DNA of 64,000 bases, taken from contig NC_068984.1 of NCBI RefSeq assembly GCF_001194135.2, forward strand, positions 38,422,767 to 38,486,766, in the 5' to 3' direction. The notes beneath the pieces are model-generated. The model had not been told where the DNA came from. It saw only the letters and a list, made by a program, of their open reading frames with translations, and did no database searches. This document shows positions 12,165 through 22,604 of the stretch, one piece after another (within the stretch, counting starts at the first letter, position 1; every line of letters begins with the position of its first letter). Both the position numbers and the translations under genes were made by a program. This stretch comes from Octopus bimaculoides (Eukaryota).

Positions 12165-12739
12165 CTATAAATTTCCCTCATCAATCATTTTGTGCATATC
12201 TGCTACTATGAGGTTTAATTGATCTTTGTATTTGCTAGAACTGCTGAATAGTTCATCCAAAAGATCTGTATCTGAGAAATATCTGAACACTGTGTCAATT
12301 CGAGTCTTAGATTTGTCTGTCAGATGTCTGTTAACAATCTCCTGGATAAGGCTACGGCATTCCTCTAAGTTTTTTTGCAAGAAAATTCTGTCATAGGTGA
12401 AATCCACTTCACAAAAGCTGATGATAGTCATTGCAAGGTTATTAAACTTTTGCTTGAAGACTTCAATTTTGGTCAGTTCTGCTTGGTTAAATTGATCATT
12501 TCGGAATAGAATCCCAATCTTTACTATTGTCTTGATAATGTACTTAAGGATTTTTTCTACTTCTTTCTTATTTGAAGAATAGTCTTTCAGGATTCGACAC
12601 ATGTTGTCAAGCACTTGAGCCAATGTTTCATCAACAAATATTTTGGCAATTTTCTTATTTGACATCTTCCCCAATAGCTTTTTCTGGACTCGAAGTCCAA
12701 GCCCCCTGGAATCAAAACCTGCTCCTGCATCGGTCGCCA
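12165..12739 (-). CDS. TNFAIP8: TNFAIP8/TIPE-family protein (tumour necrosis factor alpha-induced protein 8-like), main coding exon
   Basis: The 191-aa product aligns end to end with human TNFAIP8 (QKKLLGKM, NKKEVEKILKYIIKTIVKIGILFRNDQFN, MTIISFCEVDFTYDR, RHLTDKS, MIDEGNL*). The ORF track's start is really the G of the acceptor AG (12741-12740). The exon begins TG GCG ACC and the stop TAG is at 12165-12167. Paralog identity is not resolvable. Confidence 0.95.
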
Positions 12740-12765
12740 CTGAAAATAAAATAAAGAAAAGGGAG
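12740..12765 (-). promoter_or_regulatory. 3' splice acceptor of the TNFAIP8 coding exon (phase 1)
   Basis: The minus strand reads ccttttctttattttattttcag|TGGCGACC, a polypyrimidine tract plus CAG. I recall the same intron position in vertebrate TNFAIP8 (x|TG GCC ACA GAT). Confidence 0.85.
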
Positions 12766-13569
12766 AGAATTAAATTCTGTGTGGAATTTTTTTTTCTGAT
12801 TCTAATTTTTCATTAAATTTACTACTACACAACTGTAACTAAGAACATGAAGATTATGATATTAAATAGTTTATTTTTTATTAAGTGTTTCACAGATGGG
12901 GAGAAACTATGATTTAAAAATAATGAATAACAATGGCTGGGTTTCATGTGTAGAAATAGAAAATTCTTCAATTATTTGCAAGTGTATAAGAACTCCATTC
13001 TTGAATACTGGTTAGTGCATATCTTCTACTGCACACACACACACACACACTCTCTCTCTCTCTAGATCAGGAATGGGAGAATCTTCTCAGTATGAAGAGA
13101 AATTCCAAGTGCAAAAGAACCTATGAAGGTCATCTACATTGAGAAAATTAACAAATTAAAAAATTTTTTTGTATAAGTTACTAAGCTCTGAATTTGAAAA
13201 ATTTAACGTGTTTTTATGGATTTCAACAGAAAATGGTTTCAAATTTGAATGAGGGTAAAATTTTGTGGGTAGGAGAGGTGTTTCCTCCTCTATTATAAAT
13301 AGTACCCAAGTACTATATAATAGTATCCCCNNNNNNNNNNAAAAAAATCATCTCCTTTAGAAGCAAGCTTTCTCCTACTGGCCACTTCCAAACACTGATG
13401 CACTATTAGGGCTATATCCTTTGTTTATCCTTTCTGCAGCTGAACTAGTTGACTTTAAATACTACCTAAACCCACTTGATGTACCTATCACTAACTATTA
13501 TATGCAATTTATATCCTGGATCTATGTAAAATATCTTTCCTAAATATGTTCCACTAACAACATCCACAT

Positions 13570-13805
13570 ATTTATATCTTCACTGGAACCATGAAACTGA
13601 TATAAATCAAATGAAATGTTAACTTAATGAGCCAATGGCAGCCACCAAATCTTTCTTAAATTACATTCTGCTATCTTAGGAAAGAAGGAAACACAGGATG
13701 ACAGGATTCTGAGTGCACTTTATGTAGGAAAGGGGCAGAGTGATCACAACTGGATTGTCTCCTTAGATTGGCTTGGTCTGGGTTGACTGGAGACTACAAC
13801 AATAC
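13570..13805 (+). mobile_element. Family D retroposon
   Basis: gcagccaccaaatctttc ... ggttgactggagactacaacaa. Confidence 0.55.
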
Positions 13806-14639
13806 TAACTTCACTCATTTATCACTAACAGCTTTTTCTAAATGGACTCAAAAAAAGAAAAATGTTTTGTGAAGAGATTCTTGGCAGGAGATATTTAAAA
13901 AAAGATACAGAAAAGATATAAACACCTCTTCTGATGTTAACAAATTAGGAACAAATAACTAATCTTGATAGTTTTTACTAACAAAGCACAAAATCAACAC
14001 TGACAAGTTTGTGTGTTATATGTGTGTGTGTTACAAATAACATTAACTATGAGATCTACATTGTAGACTTGTGTCATCAATTATTAGTGAATGAATCATT
14101 CAAACTGTAGTCCTCTTAGGAGGAACTGACATGTTAAAGTTTTGTTTTAAATTTGATGGAGAAATAAATACCTCCAGCCAAAAATCTTTTCACAAAACTT
14201 TAAACAAAATTTTGACATTAAATTCTTATTTAGAATTAAATTTGTAACAATAAAGTTAAAGTTAGCCTTGTTCTGAAACTATTTTGGTAGTAATAACCCT
14301 TAGAGGAAACAAGTGTCCAATCATGGAAGGATTGTAAAGTATTGAGGCCGAACGCAATCTAGCTTGGTTGTAAAAAGTTTTGTTCTGACCCTTAGATTAT
14401 AACCTCATAATTATTTCAGATAAAAATTTAACACACACACACACACACACATTATATATATATATACATTCGAGAAGCTTGAATGAAACTGGCTGTGAAA
14501 CTTGAAGTAGCATGGAAACCGAATCAAACTGTTTTAAATAATAATTAAGTGGTGTATTATTGAAAAGAGAAAGCAAAATTTATTCAGTGGTTGTCCTTGC
14601 ATATAAGCATGTCCCCTGCATCCTTCTTCAGCTGAACTT

Positions 14640-14850
14640 ATAGGCTCATGGGTGCCAGTGCCACATAAAAAGCATCCATGCCAGTGCTATGTAAAGGCAC
14701 TCAGTACACTCTGTAAAGTGGTTGGCATTAGGAAGGGCAGCCGGTTGTAGAAACCATGCCAAAACAGACAAGGAGACCCAGTAGCTCTCAGCAGACCAGC
14801 TCCTGTCAAACCATCAGGCCCATACCAGCATGGAAAACAGATGTATGAAT
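14640..14850 (+). mobile_element. RTE-related 3'-UTR fragment
   Basis: gtacactctgtaaagtggttggcattaggaagggcagccggttgtagaaaccatgcc...cccataccagcatggaaaac. Confidence 0.65.
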
Positions 14851-14952
14851 TGTTAGATAAAAAAAAACAATGACCCAGTAGACAAAAATACCAGATTCAG
14901 GAAACAAATGATAACTGATGTGTTAGAGTTTTGCAAATATTTCAATTGATGT

Positions 14953-15167
14953 AAGATGGTGAGCTGGCAGAAACGTTAGCATGCCAGGAGAAATGCTTAG
15001 CAGTATTTCGTCTGCTGTTATGTTCCGAGTTCGAATTCCACTGAGGTCGACTTTGCCTTTCATCCTTTCGGGGTAGATAAATTAAGTACCAGTTACGTAC
15101 TGGGTTGATTTAATCGACTGGCCTCCGCCCAAAAAATTTTGAGCCTTGTGCCTAGAGTAGAAAAGAA
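14953..15167 (+). mobile_element. SINE family B (tRNA-like head, Meta-like central domain)
   Basis: Head gagctggcagaaacgttagc with B-box-like gttcgaattcc. The body gaggtcgactttgcctttcatcctttcggggtagataaattaagtaccag resembles the MetaSINE domain as I recall it. Tail ttgtgcctagagtagaaaagaa. Confidence 0.8.
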
Positions 15168-15429
15168 TGTCTAAGTCTACCAAACTCAAGAGCAGGAATC
15201 ATATGGGTGACCAACGAACAGCTCTAGGTTTTAATCCTACTGCAGTTGACTTAAACTTCCATTTCTTGGGAAAAGGAAATAAAAACTAGTTATATATAGA
15301 AGTAATGTGATATTATCATCATCATCATTTAACATCTGCCTTCCATGGGTGGGACTAGATTTGTTTAATTAATTAACCTGAATTCCAAACATGTACTGTA
15401 GTCACTTGAGCCAAATAACAAATGATGAT

Positions 15430-15850
15430 AATAACTATCTAATTAAGGTGTAAGGCCAGCAATTTTGAAGGAGAAACCATTTATATCGATACCTAAAGGA
15501 TGTTAGGTCAAATTGACCCTGGCAGAATTTGAACTCAGAATGAAATGTCACGAAGCATTCTTTCCTAATACTCTAATGATCCTGCCAGCTTGCTACCAAT
15601 AATAATAATTGTTTCTAATGTATTTCTCTAATCCCTAATCAGCATGAAAGATGTGTATAAAATGACAGACACAAGGTCTGAAAATTGAGGGAGGGGGTTA
15701 GTTGGTTAAATGAACTCCAATAGTTTAATGGTACTATATTTTATTGACCCCTGTAAGGATGAAAGAAAAAGCAAATCTCAGTGGGATTTCAACTAGAAAT
15801 GTAAAGAGGCAGAACAAATACAAAGTATTTTTATAATGCTCTCAATAATG
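15430..15850 (-). mobile_element. Two degenerate SINE family B copies (about 15430-15600 and 15675-15850)
   Basis: Reverse-complement motifs aaggatg..aggtcaaattgaccctggcagaatttgaactcagaa, and aaggatgaaagaaaaagcaaatctcagtgggatttcaactagaa. Confidence 0.65.
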
Positions 15851-15934
15851 ATGGACTCTCCTGTCAAAGAAGACATATAAGTGTTCAGTTTTTGCTAAAC
15901 AACCAGTGCAAATAATTTGTCAATAGTGATTAAA

Positions 15935-16138
15935 TGCATCTGCTGTACATTAGCTCGCTCACTCCATCAAATTGACATTGCCTGAACAAGTGCACAGTGT
16001 ACTACACATCAGGTGTTGAAATGATCACAGAGCAACAGGAGATGAAGTATTTTTCTCAAGAAGACAATGCACCACCTGGTCTAGGAATTGATCTTGCAAT
16101 CGTGAGTGCAACACCCTAATTACTAGGCCATGTGTCCT
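15935..16138 (-). mobile_element. tRNA-headed SINE family H, degenerate
   Basis: The minus strand begins ggacacatggcctagtaattagggtgttgcactcacgatt...attcctagaccagg. Related pieces lie near 4300-4440 and 28680-28810. Confidence 0.5.
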
Positions 16139-16244
16139 CACAATAATAATAACAATTTCAGATTTTGGTGCCAAGGCTAACAATTTTAGAGTGAAGAGAT
16201 GACAATTATAGTGACTACAGTGCTTAACTGGTTCTTATTTTATC

Positions 16245-16455
16245 AACTCTGAAATAATAATCTAGGCATAAGGCCAGCAATTTTGAGGGGAGAGGACCAG
16301 TCAATACCATCAATCCCAATTCTTTGCTGGTACTTTGTTCTATCAACCCTGAAAGGATGAAAAGCAAAGTTGACCTCAACAAAACTTGAACTCAGAATGT
16401 AAAGAGCCAAAAGAAATATGGCAGAGCATTTTTCTCTTATATTAATGATTGCCAA
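16245..16455 (-). mobile_element. SINE family B
   Basis: ctggtactttgttctatcaaccctgaaaggatgaaaagcaaagttgacctcaacaaaacttgaactcagaatg. Confidence 0.75.
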
Positions 16456-16756
16456 TCCACATTTACATTTTTTAATGAAATGTGTTAATTATTTCTGGAA
16501 TGAAATGTATTTCTTAGATGAACCACTCCCATCTATCAAAATAAAACTATTCACTATCATTAATTTTGAAATATATTTTATATTTTGAAATCCTCTAAAA
16601 ATATTAACATCAAGTTTTAAACTTGAGCAATCAAATCTTATTATGCTAAATATTCCTTAACTCAATCCTTCTACAGGAAGACAAGAAAACTGGCTCAACT
16701 TATCTGGATCTTTTTGATATTCATTGCTTAGGTTCTGATATAAAATATTAAAATAC

Positions 16757-17019
16757 TAAAGGGTAATATTTATCCCCACTTAAAAGTGGATGTTGTGTTA
16801 GAACACAGAATACTGAGAAAGTTATCATGGAAAAACTCTCATATTGGCTTTCAGTACATATAAGCACTCTCGTTACATCACTAGTGGGAGATAACTTGCC
16901 TACCATCACCACCGCCAAAACTACCAGATCATGTGATTTCAGTCTTCCCTGGCCTTATCAATGGTAGACATTCTCTAACACAGCATCCACTTTTAAGTGT
17001 GTATAAATATTACCCTTTG
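16757..17019. mobile_element. Unclassified MITE with 45-bp terminal inverted repeats
   Basis: Left 16758-16802 aaagggtaatatttatccccacttaaaagtggatgttgtgttaga versus the reverse complement of 16974-17018; 3 mismatches. The TSD is ambiguous. Confidence 0.8.
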
Positions 17020-17124
17020 TTATCAACACTACTTCTGTCACTAATAATTATTTCTTAATTAAAATCTTCCATCACAATTTTATGTAAGGTCAATTTTTTT
17101 TAATGTATAGACATAAACTTAATA

Positions 17125-17300
17125 ATGGTTTCAAAGTTTGGGCCAAGGCCAGCAAAAGGAATAAGTCTATTACATCGACCCTGAAAAGAGGAAAGGCAAA
17201 GTTGACCTCAGTGGCATTTGAGCTCAGAACATAAAGATGAACAAAATGCTGCAAAGCATTTTACCCAGCATGCTAGCAATTCTGCCAGTTCATTGCCTGA
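17125..17300 (-). mobile_element. SINE family B
   Basis: tattacatcgaccctgaaaagaggaaaggcaaagttgacctcagtggcatttgagctcagaac...ctagcaattctgccagttc. Confidence 0.75.
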
Positions 17301-17465
17301 CATAAGCTTAATAATGACAAAGTTAAAATAATCCTTTCTTGATTAATTTCAAAACTAATTGAAATACATAGGAAAAACCCACCAAAACATTCATAATAAA
17401 TTCTGCTAAATGATATATTTAAAAAAATTAATATTAAGCATTACATAATGAAAAAGATCACTTAC

Positions 17466-17546
17466 TTTAGTTCATTCACTGGAGTGTAGCTGTATGAATT
17501 TCAATTCTTGGACAGTTTAAAATATGATATCAGAAGATAGACAAAA
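17466..17546 (-). other. Candidate 81-nt 5'-UTR exon of TNFAIP8 supplying the A of a split ATG
   Basis: Acceptor ttttttttttcttgcactttag| and donor CTAAA|gtaagtga. The last base A plus TG gives ATG (MATDAG...). There is no transcript evidence. Confidence 0.35.
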
Positions 17547-17665
17547 CTAAAGTGCAAGAAAAAAAAAATTAAAATCAAAACCACAACAAAAACATGCAAT
17601 AACAACTTCTTAATGCAATTATTTAATTCACATGTATTTATCATACTTTGACAAGCATAGCCAGA

Positions 17666-17880
17666 GAGCATTTAAACTGACCATATCTGATCCAAATATT
17701 CTACAGGTTCTGTGTTTAAACTATCCAGATCTGACCTCTTACACCTACATTACAATGTCATTCTAAAATTAAACAATCACATCATTGAAATCTTGAAACT
17801 ATAAGATAATGCAGGATTATTTCAAAATAATGTGAATAAATAAGCATTACATTTGACAAAGTAATCTGACTGCTAGAGGG
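17666..17880. mobile_element. piggyBac-like MITE (family E), left end degraded
   Basis: Same body as 57966-58191. The right end is ctgactgctagaggg|ttaa. Confidence 0.75.
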
Positions 17881-18641
17881 TTAAACCAAGGTTCCACAGT
17901 TCCAGTTGTAGCCACTTTACTTAGCTAATACTTTTAGGTAAGGCGTGAACATCTTAATTCCCATTTCTTCATCTTCTGAAGTTAATAAAGTGAATTACCA
18001 ATAGATGAATACTGTTGAACACAGAGCACAGTCAGTTAGGCAATTAACTAATTATTACACAAGTGTGCAGCTGATAAAATACAACCATCCTGCCACCATC
18101 ACCACCTATATTTTAAACTGAAGTGGTGTTTAGACTTATTGAGAGAGACTAAGCCATATTCCCAACACTACTTACATCACAGAGATAACTAAAATAGGTC
18201 ATTGCTTTATTCTAAAGCAGAAAAAGACAATGCAGATAGTTAAGTACTGCAAAAAGTAGAGTGTAAAGTGACTGAGAAAGTAAAAGTAAATTGTATACAT
18301 CTGGTTGGAAAACTATAGTTAATATGAGTCAATGAGAGAGCCTCTAAGTGACTGCTTTACCTACTAGAAACAAAACTAAATTTTCCTCAACTAGTAAAGA
18401 GAAAAGAAAAAGACAGGAACATGGGATAAATGTGCCAGGGGATGGGGGCGGAGAGATAAAGAAAGGGTTGGTTGTAGCTGGAATGTCTGATCATAAATGC
18501 ACTCAATCAGGGCGGATTTTTAACAATAACAAAATCAAGAAAACGAAATTTTATTTTTTTATATTGAGAAAGATTGATGATATTGGTTAAGTTAATACAC
18601 TAGTTTTGGAGAGATAAATTTTGTGAATTACCATTATTATT

Positions 18642-18856
18642 AAGGCAGTAAGCTGGCAGAATTGTTAGCACGCTGGGCAAAATGCTTAGCAACATTTCAT
18701 CCATCATTACGTTCTGAGTTCAAATTCTGCAGAGGTTTTGTCTTTCATCCTTTCAGGGTCGATAAAATAAGTACCAGTTGAGCACTGGGGTCGATCTAAT
18801 TGACTTAGTTCCTCTCCCTAAATTCCTGGCTTTGTGCCAAAATTTGAAGCCATTAT
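18642..18856 (+). mobile_element. SINE family B
   Basis: aaggcagtaagctggcagaattgttagcacg...gtcgataaaataagtaccagttgagcactggggtcgatc, tail ttgtgccaaaatttgaagcc. Confidence 0.85.
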
Positions 18857-18981
18857 TGTAAGATAGTGGTATTTCTGATATTATACCAAGAGATGGTTTG
18901 TCAAAAACAGAGACACATTGAATAATGATACAGTAGGGAGACATGCATCTTTAATCATGCATAACTATCCTTCCCTCATAG

Positions 18982-18989
18982 GCGCGCGC

Positions 18990-19055
<66 letters not shown>
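18982..19055. repeat. (GC)n-(GT)n microsatellite
   Basis: Directly visible. Confidence 0.95.
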
Positions 19056-19056
<1 letters not shown>

Positions 19057-20007
19057 AATAAATAACATATATATTCAGTACATTTAATATGTAATGTAAA
19101 TATATCAAGACAAAAAAATTATCAAAATTATAACTATCTAGTAATAGCTACATTTTAAATTAACATCAGTCTGTCACTTGAATTTGAAACAATTAAAGCA
19201 GCGATTGTCATAAATTAAATTAAATATCAGGCTTGTATAATTTTTGTTTATTTTATATATAAACTCTCTGTTACTCACTTTCAGTGCTATATGAACAAAT
19301 TTAATTGCATTCATTAAATCTAAAAATAGGGAAAAATGTAAAATCAATGTGAAATTTATGTATACAGTATATAATTTCATCTTTTATATTTGTTACATAT
19401 TAAATATGTTCAACAAATATTTATGAAAATAGTAAAAATTTCACACATTGGAGATAGTGTTTTAAGCTAAATTATAATTAATGATTTTTTCATCAATGTG
19501 ATGGAAGGTATAGTGTAAGCCAAGCTTCACTGTGGTGGTCATGATGAAACTGAAAATATCTGAGGTTGTCTCTTGTATGAGACAGAATTAAAAAAGGAAA
19601 ATAATATATTTATCTTTTACTTGTTTCAGTCATTAGACTGCAGCCATGCTGGAGCACTGCCATGAAGAATTTTAGTCGCATGAAACAACCCAAGTACTAT
19701 TTTTTCTTGTAAGCCTGGTACTTATTCTATCAGTTTCTTTTCCTGAACTGCTAAATTATGGCAATGTAAACACAACACCTGTTGACAGGAAGGGGCAAGT
19801 CAAACACAGACACAAAGACACACACTTGCACATGTATATATGTATACAAGGGCAAACAATTCACGAAAAAAATAATTCCTGAAAAATTAATTTGCTAAGA
19901 TATTATTAATTTTGTTATTATCTAGTATGACTATTTTAAAAATGATAATAACAGAAATCAATAATATAGGCGATTGCAGCCCCCCCACCCACAAAGCATT
20001 AAATAGC

Positions 20008-20440
20008 TGAAGGATTAAAATTAATCAAAGGACATACTAAGTATGTCTACCTGCTGGAAATAACAGTCGAAACTTATTTAAATCACCAAAATATTTCAAC
20101 TCACATGGACTGGTCTCTGCACTGGCAAAAATTGCCTTAGCCTCTTCGGCATGCGTTACCATGATGGAGACACCGAACCTATCATTTCGAAACAATAGGT
20201 TGGGGGTCTCCATCATGGTAATGCGTGCTGAAGAAGCTAAGGCAATTTTTGTTAGTGTAGAAACTGGTCCATGTGAGTCCAAATACTTAAATGTATGTTA
20301 GATTTTATTAACCTGATCTACCTTCAGTTGATTTCTGTTGTTACCATCAGTGTATTATGGAAATTTAAATAAGAGCTTTGACTGTTATTTCCAGCAGGTA
20401 GACATACTTAGTATGTCCTTTGATTAATCTTAATCCTTCA
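20008..20440. mobile_element. Nested fold-back element
   Basis: Outer inverted repeats 20008-20068 and 20380-20440 match at 60/61 nt. An inner 180-bp palindrome at 20099-20278 (76/90 matches) is centred on tttcgaaa. Confidence 0.9.
20222..20275 (+). ncRNA. Minimal type-I hammerhead-ribozyme-like motif, probably degenerate (mirror copy 20102-20155 on minus)
   Basis: TGCGTG-CTGAAGA-[25-nt stem II region]-GAAA-CTG-GTC-CATGTG. The CUGANGA, GAAA and GUC cores are in canonical order and stem I pairs with wobbles. The closing pair of stem II is not Watson-Crick. Confidence 0.5.
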
Positions 20441-21686
20441 TATGTGTATATATATATACAACAGGCCTCTTTCAGTTTCTGTCTATAAAATCTACTCACA
20501 AGGCTTTGGTTGGCCTAAGGCTATAGAAGACACTTGCCTAAGGTGCTATGCAGTGGAACTGAAACTGGAACCATGTGGTTGAGAAGCTAACTCCTTACCA
20601 TACAGCCATACCTGCATCTTTTGACTAATATTGTTCTTTTTCCCTTGCTGAATGTTCATTTCTGGTTAGTTTTTATAAGCCATGCTTTAAATATGCTAAG
20701 ACCAACTTACTAAAGTTATCTACTAGTCTTGGAGAATGCTATTTTAAATGTGAAACTGTGTCATATAGAACAAAATATAAAAATCTGAGACTAGATTGGT
20801 CTCTAATTTTATTTTTTTAATTTTCCTCCCAGATAATTAGTGAGCAATATGAGAAACTACTGCAGTCATTTTGTTGAATGTCTGGGTAGGGCTCTTAACA
20901 CTAAATGCTTTGGTTTAATACATTATCAGGAACAGGCACCAAATCTTCTGAGAACATTCTCAATCTTCATTGTCTACTCAGAAGTTATCACAAAACTACA
21001 GAAGTATATCTTGTTATAGAGAATCCTGTAGATGTTTTACATAAAGGATAATCAAAATTAATGTTTGACTCATTGGCAAGCATGACATATAAATTGTTTA
21101 CTTTAAACCAAAGAGGATGATAATTATAATAAGCAATTATAGTTCTCAAACAATTGAATAAATAACATACAGTTAAAGAAATATAATACCATCCTTAAAG
21201 AATTGATAGCTTGGGTATTCTTTCTCAAAGTTTTTTTTTTTTTTTTAACTGGTTTCAGTCTCTTCATAGTAGTGATGCTAGGGTAAGATATACTAAAGCA
21301 GATCAAGTTAACATATGGCAACTATAACTTCAGGCACAAACAATCTCTCAACCATCAGTGAAACTTCATTCACGAATATCACATTACAAAGATATTTTCT
21401 TTCAGAAATGGAAAAGAACATTAACAGAAAGAAAAAGAAGAAGAAAAAAAATTTCCCATTTAAGTCTAATTAATGCTTAACATGTTTATTTGGTAAACCA
21501 GAGATATGTAGTTCAATTCCTGTCCATAAGTCAATTCCTTTTGATTTGTTTATATATGGATGTCATTTAATATCATTTATATTAAAAAAAAAAAAAACTT
21601 ACTTATAGTCTCTAGATTTAATTCTCATCTATACTTCAAATCAAGATGAGCTGTTAGACATTAGTGGGTAAAACAAGAGCTTAGTA

Positions 21687-21970
21687 CATCATCATCATTG
21701 TTTAACGTCCGCTTTCCATGCTAGCATGGGTTGGACGATTTGACTGAGGACTGGTGAACCAGATGGCTACACCAGGCTCCAATCTGATTTGGCAGAGTTT
21801 CTACAGCTGGATGCCCTTCCTAACGCCAACCGCTCAGAGAGTGTAGTGGGTGCTTTTATGTGCCACTGGCACGAAGGCCAGTCAGGCAGTACTGGCAACG
21901 GCCACGCTCAGAATGGTGTATTTTACGTGCCACCCGCACAGGAGCCAGTCCAGCGGCACTGGCAACGATC
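21687..21970 (-). mobile_element. Young RTE LINE 3'-end fragment
   Basis: catcatcatcattgtttaacgtccgctttccatgctagcatgggttggacg..., nearly identical to the copies at 23238-23492, 60841-61026 and 63686-64000. Confidence 0.9.
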
Positions 21971-22604
21971 CAGTAGATAAATATTTGTAGTATTATTATT
22001 TAACAGTGAAAAGGAAAGAACTTAGCACATAAGTGATACTGAGTTCAATTCCTGTCAGAGAACTTGGGAAATTTTACTCTAAAATTGTTTGCATAAATAT
22101 GAGCTAATTGAATTTTTTAAAGACAGCATATTACACCAATGAAAGAACTATTTTCACAAGCTTCAAAAAGAATAAAGGTGTTATTAGACAACAAGAAAAC
22201 CTTTATGTATTTGCTGTTAAAAATAACATCTGAATCTCCTCAAAATTCACATTTTAATGATTTAGAAAAATATGAAGGACATATTAGCAAGGTTTATCCT
22301 AAATACCCTGAGTAAAAGATAGATATTTTCATGACTGGGAGTGTCAGACCATAAACATGTTGGTCAGAGTCATATTTCTGGGATTAATGAACCTAGCTCA
22401 AAATAAACACCATTTCATAGTTTGAATATATACTATGAGGAAGAGCTCAGTCCTTAGTTTTAGATAGCTCACTACCTAGCCATAAATAAGCAACTTTCAT
22501 GAAAGTATTTTAAAAATTCCATTGTGTTCAATTTTTCCATTGAAGTGTGCGGAATGGCAGACAAGCAATAGACTGGGCATTTTCTCTGAGAAGGAAAATA
22601 TCTT

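Larger units (their letters stand above)
19612..20615 (-). mobile_element. SINE family A split at its central microsatellite by a ~595-bp insert (about 19847-20440)
   Basis: The tail half (cttttacttgtttcagtcattagactgcagccatgctggagcac) is at 19612-19846. The head half (ctttcagtttctg...gacacttgcctaaggtgc...ttaccatacagccatacc) is at 20441-20615. Confidence 0.75.

Noticed and set aside
20099-20278. Apparent G.U bias in the inner hairpin (8 of 12 transitions give wobble pairs on the plus strand, 4 on minus)
   Set aside because: 8 versus 4 is not distinguishable from chance, so it is not evidence of selection on RNA structure.
20037-20282. 81-aa minus-strand ORF across the fold-back element
   Set aside because: A by-product of the palindrome, with no homology recognised.
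21789-21980. Recurrent ORF MAEFLQLDALPNAN... (also at about 22691, 60989 and 63755)
   Set aside because: It is the antisense reading of the RTE 3' UTR, not a gene family.
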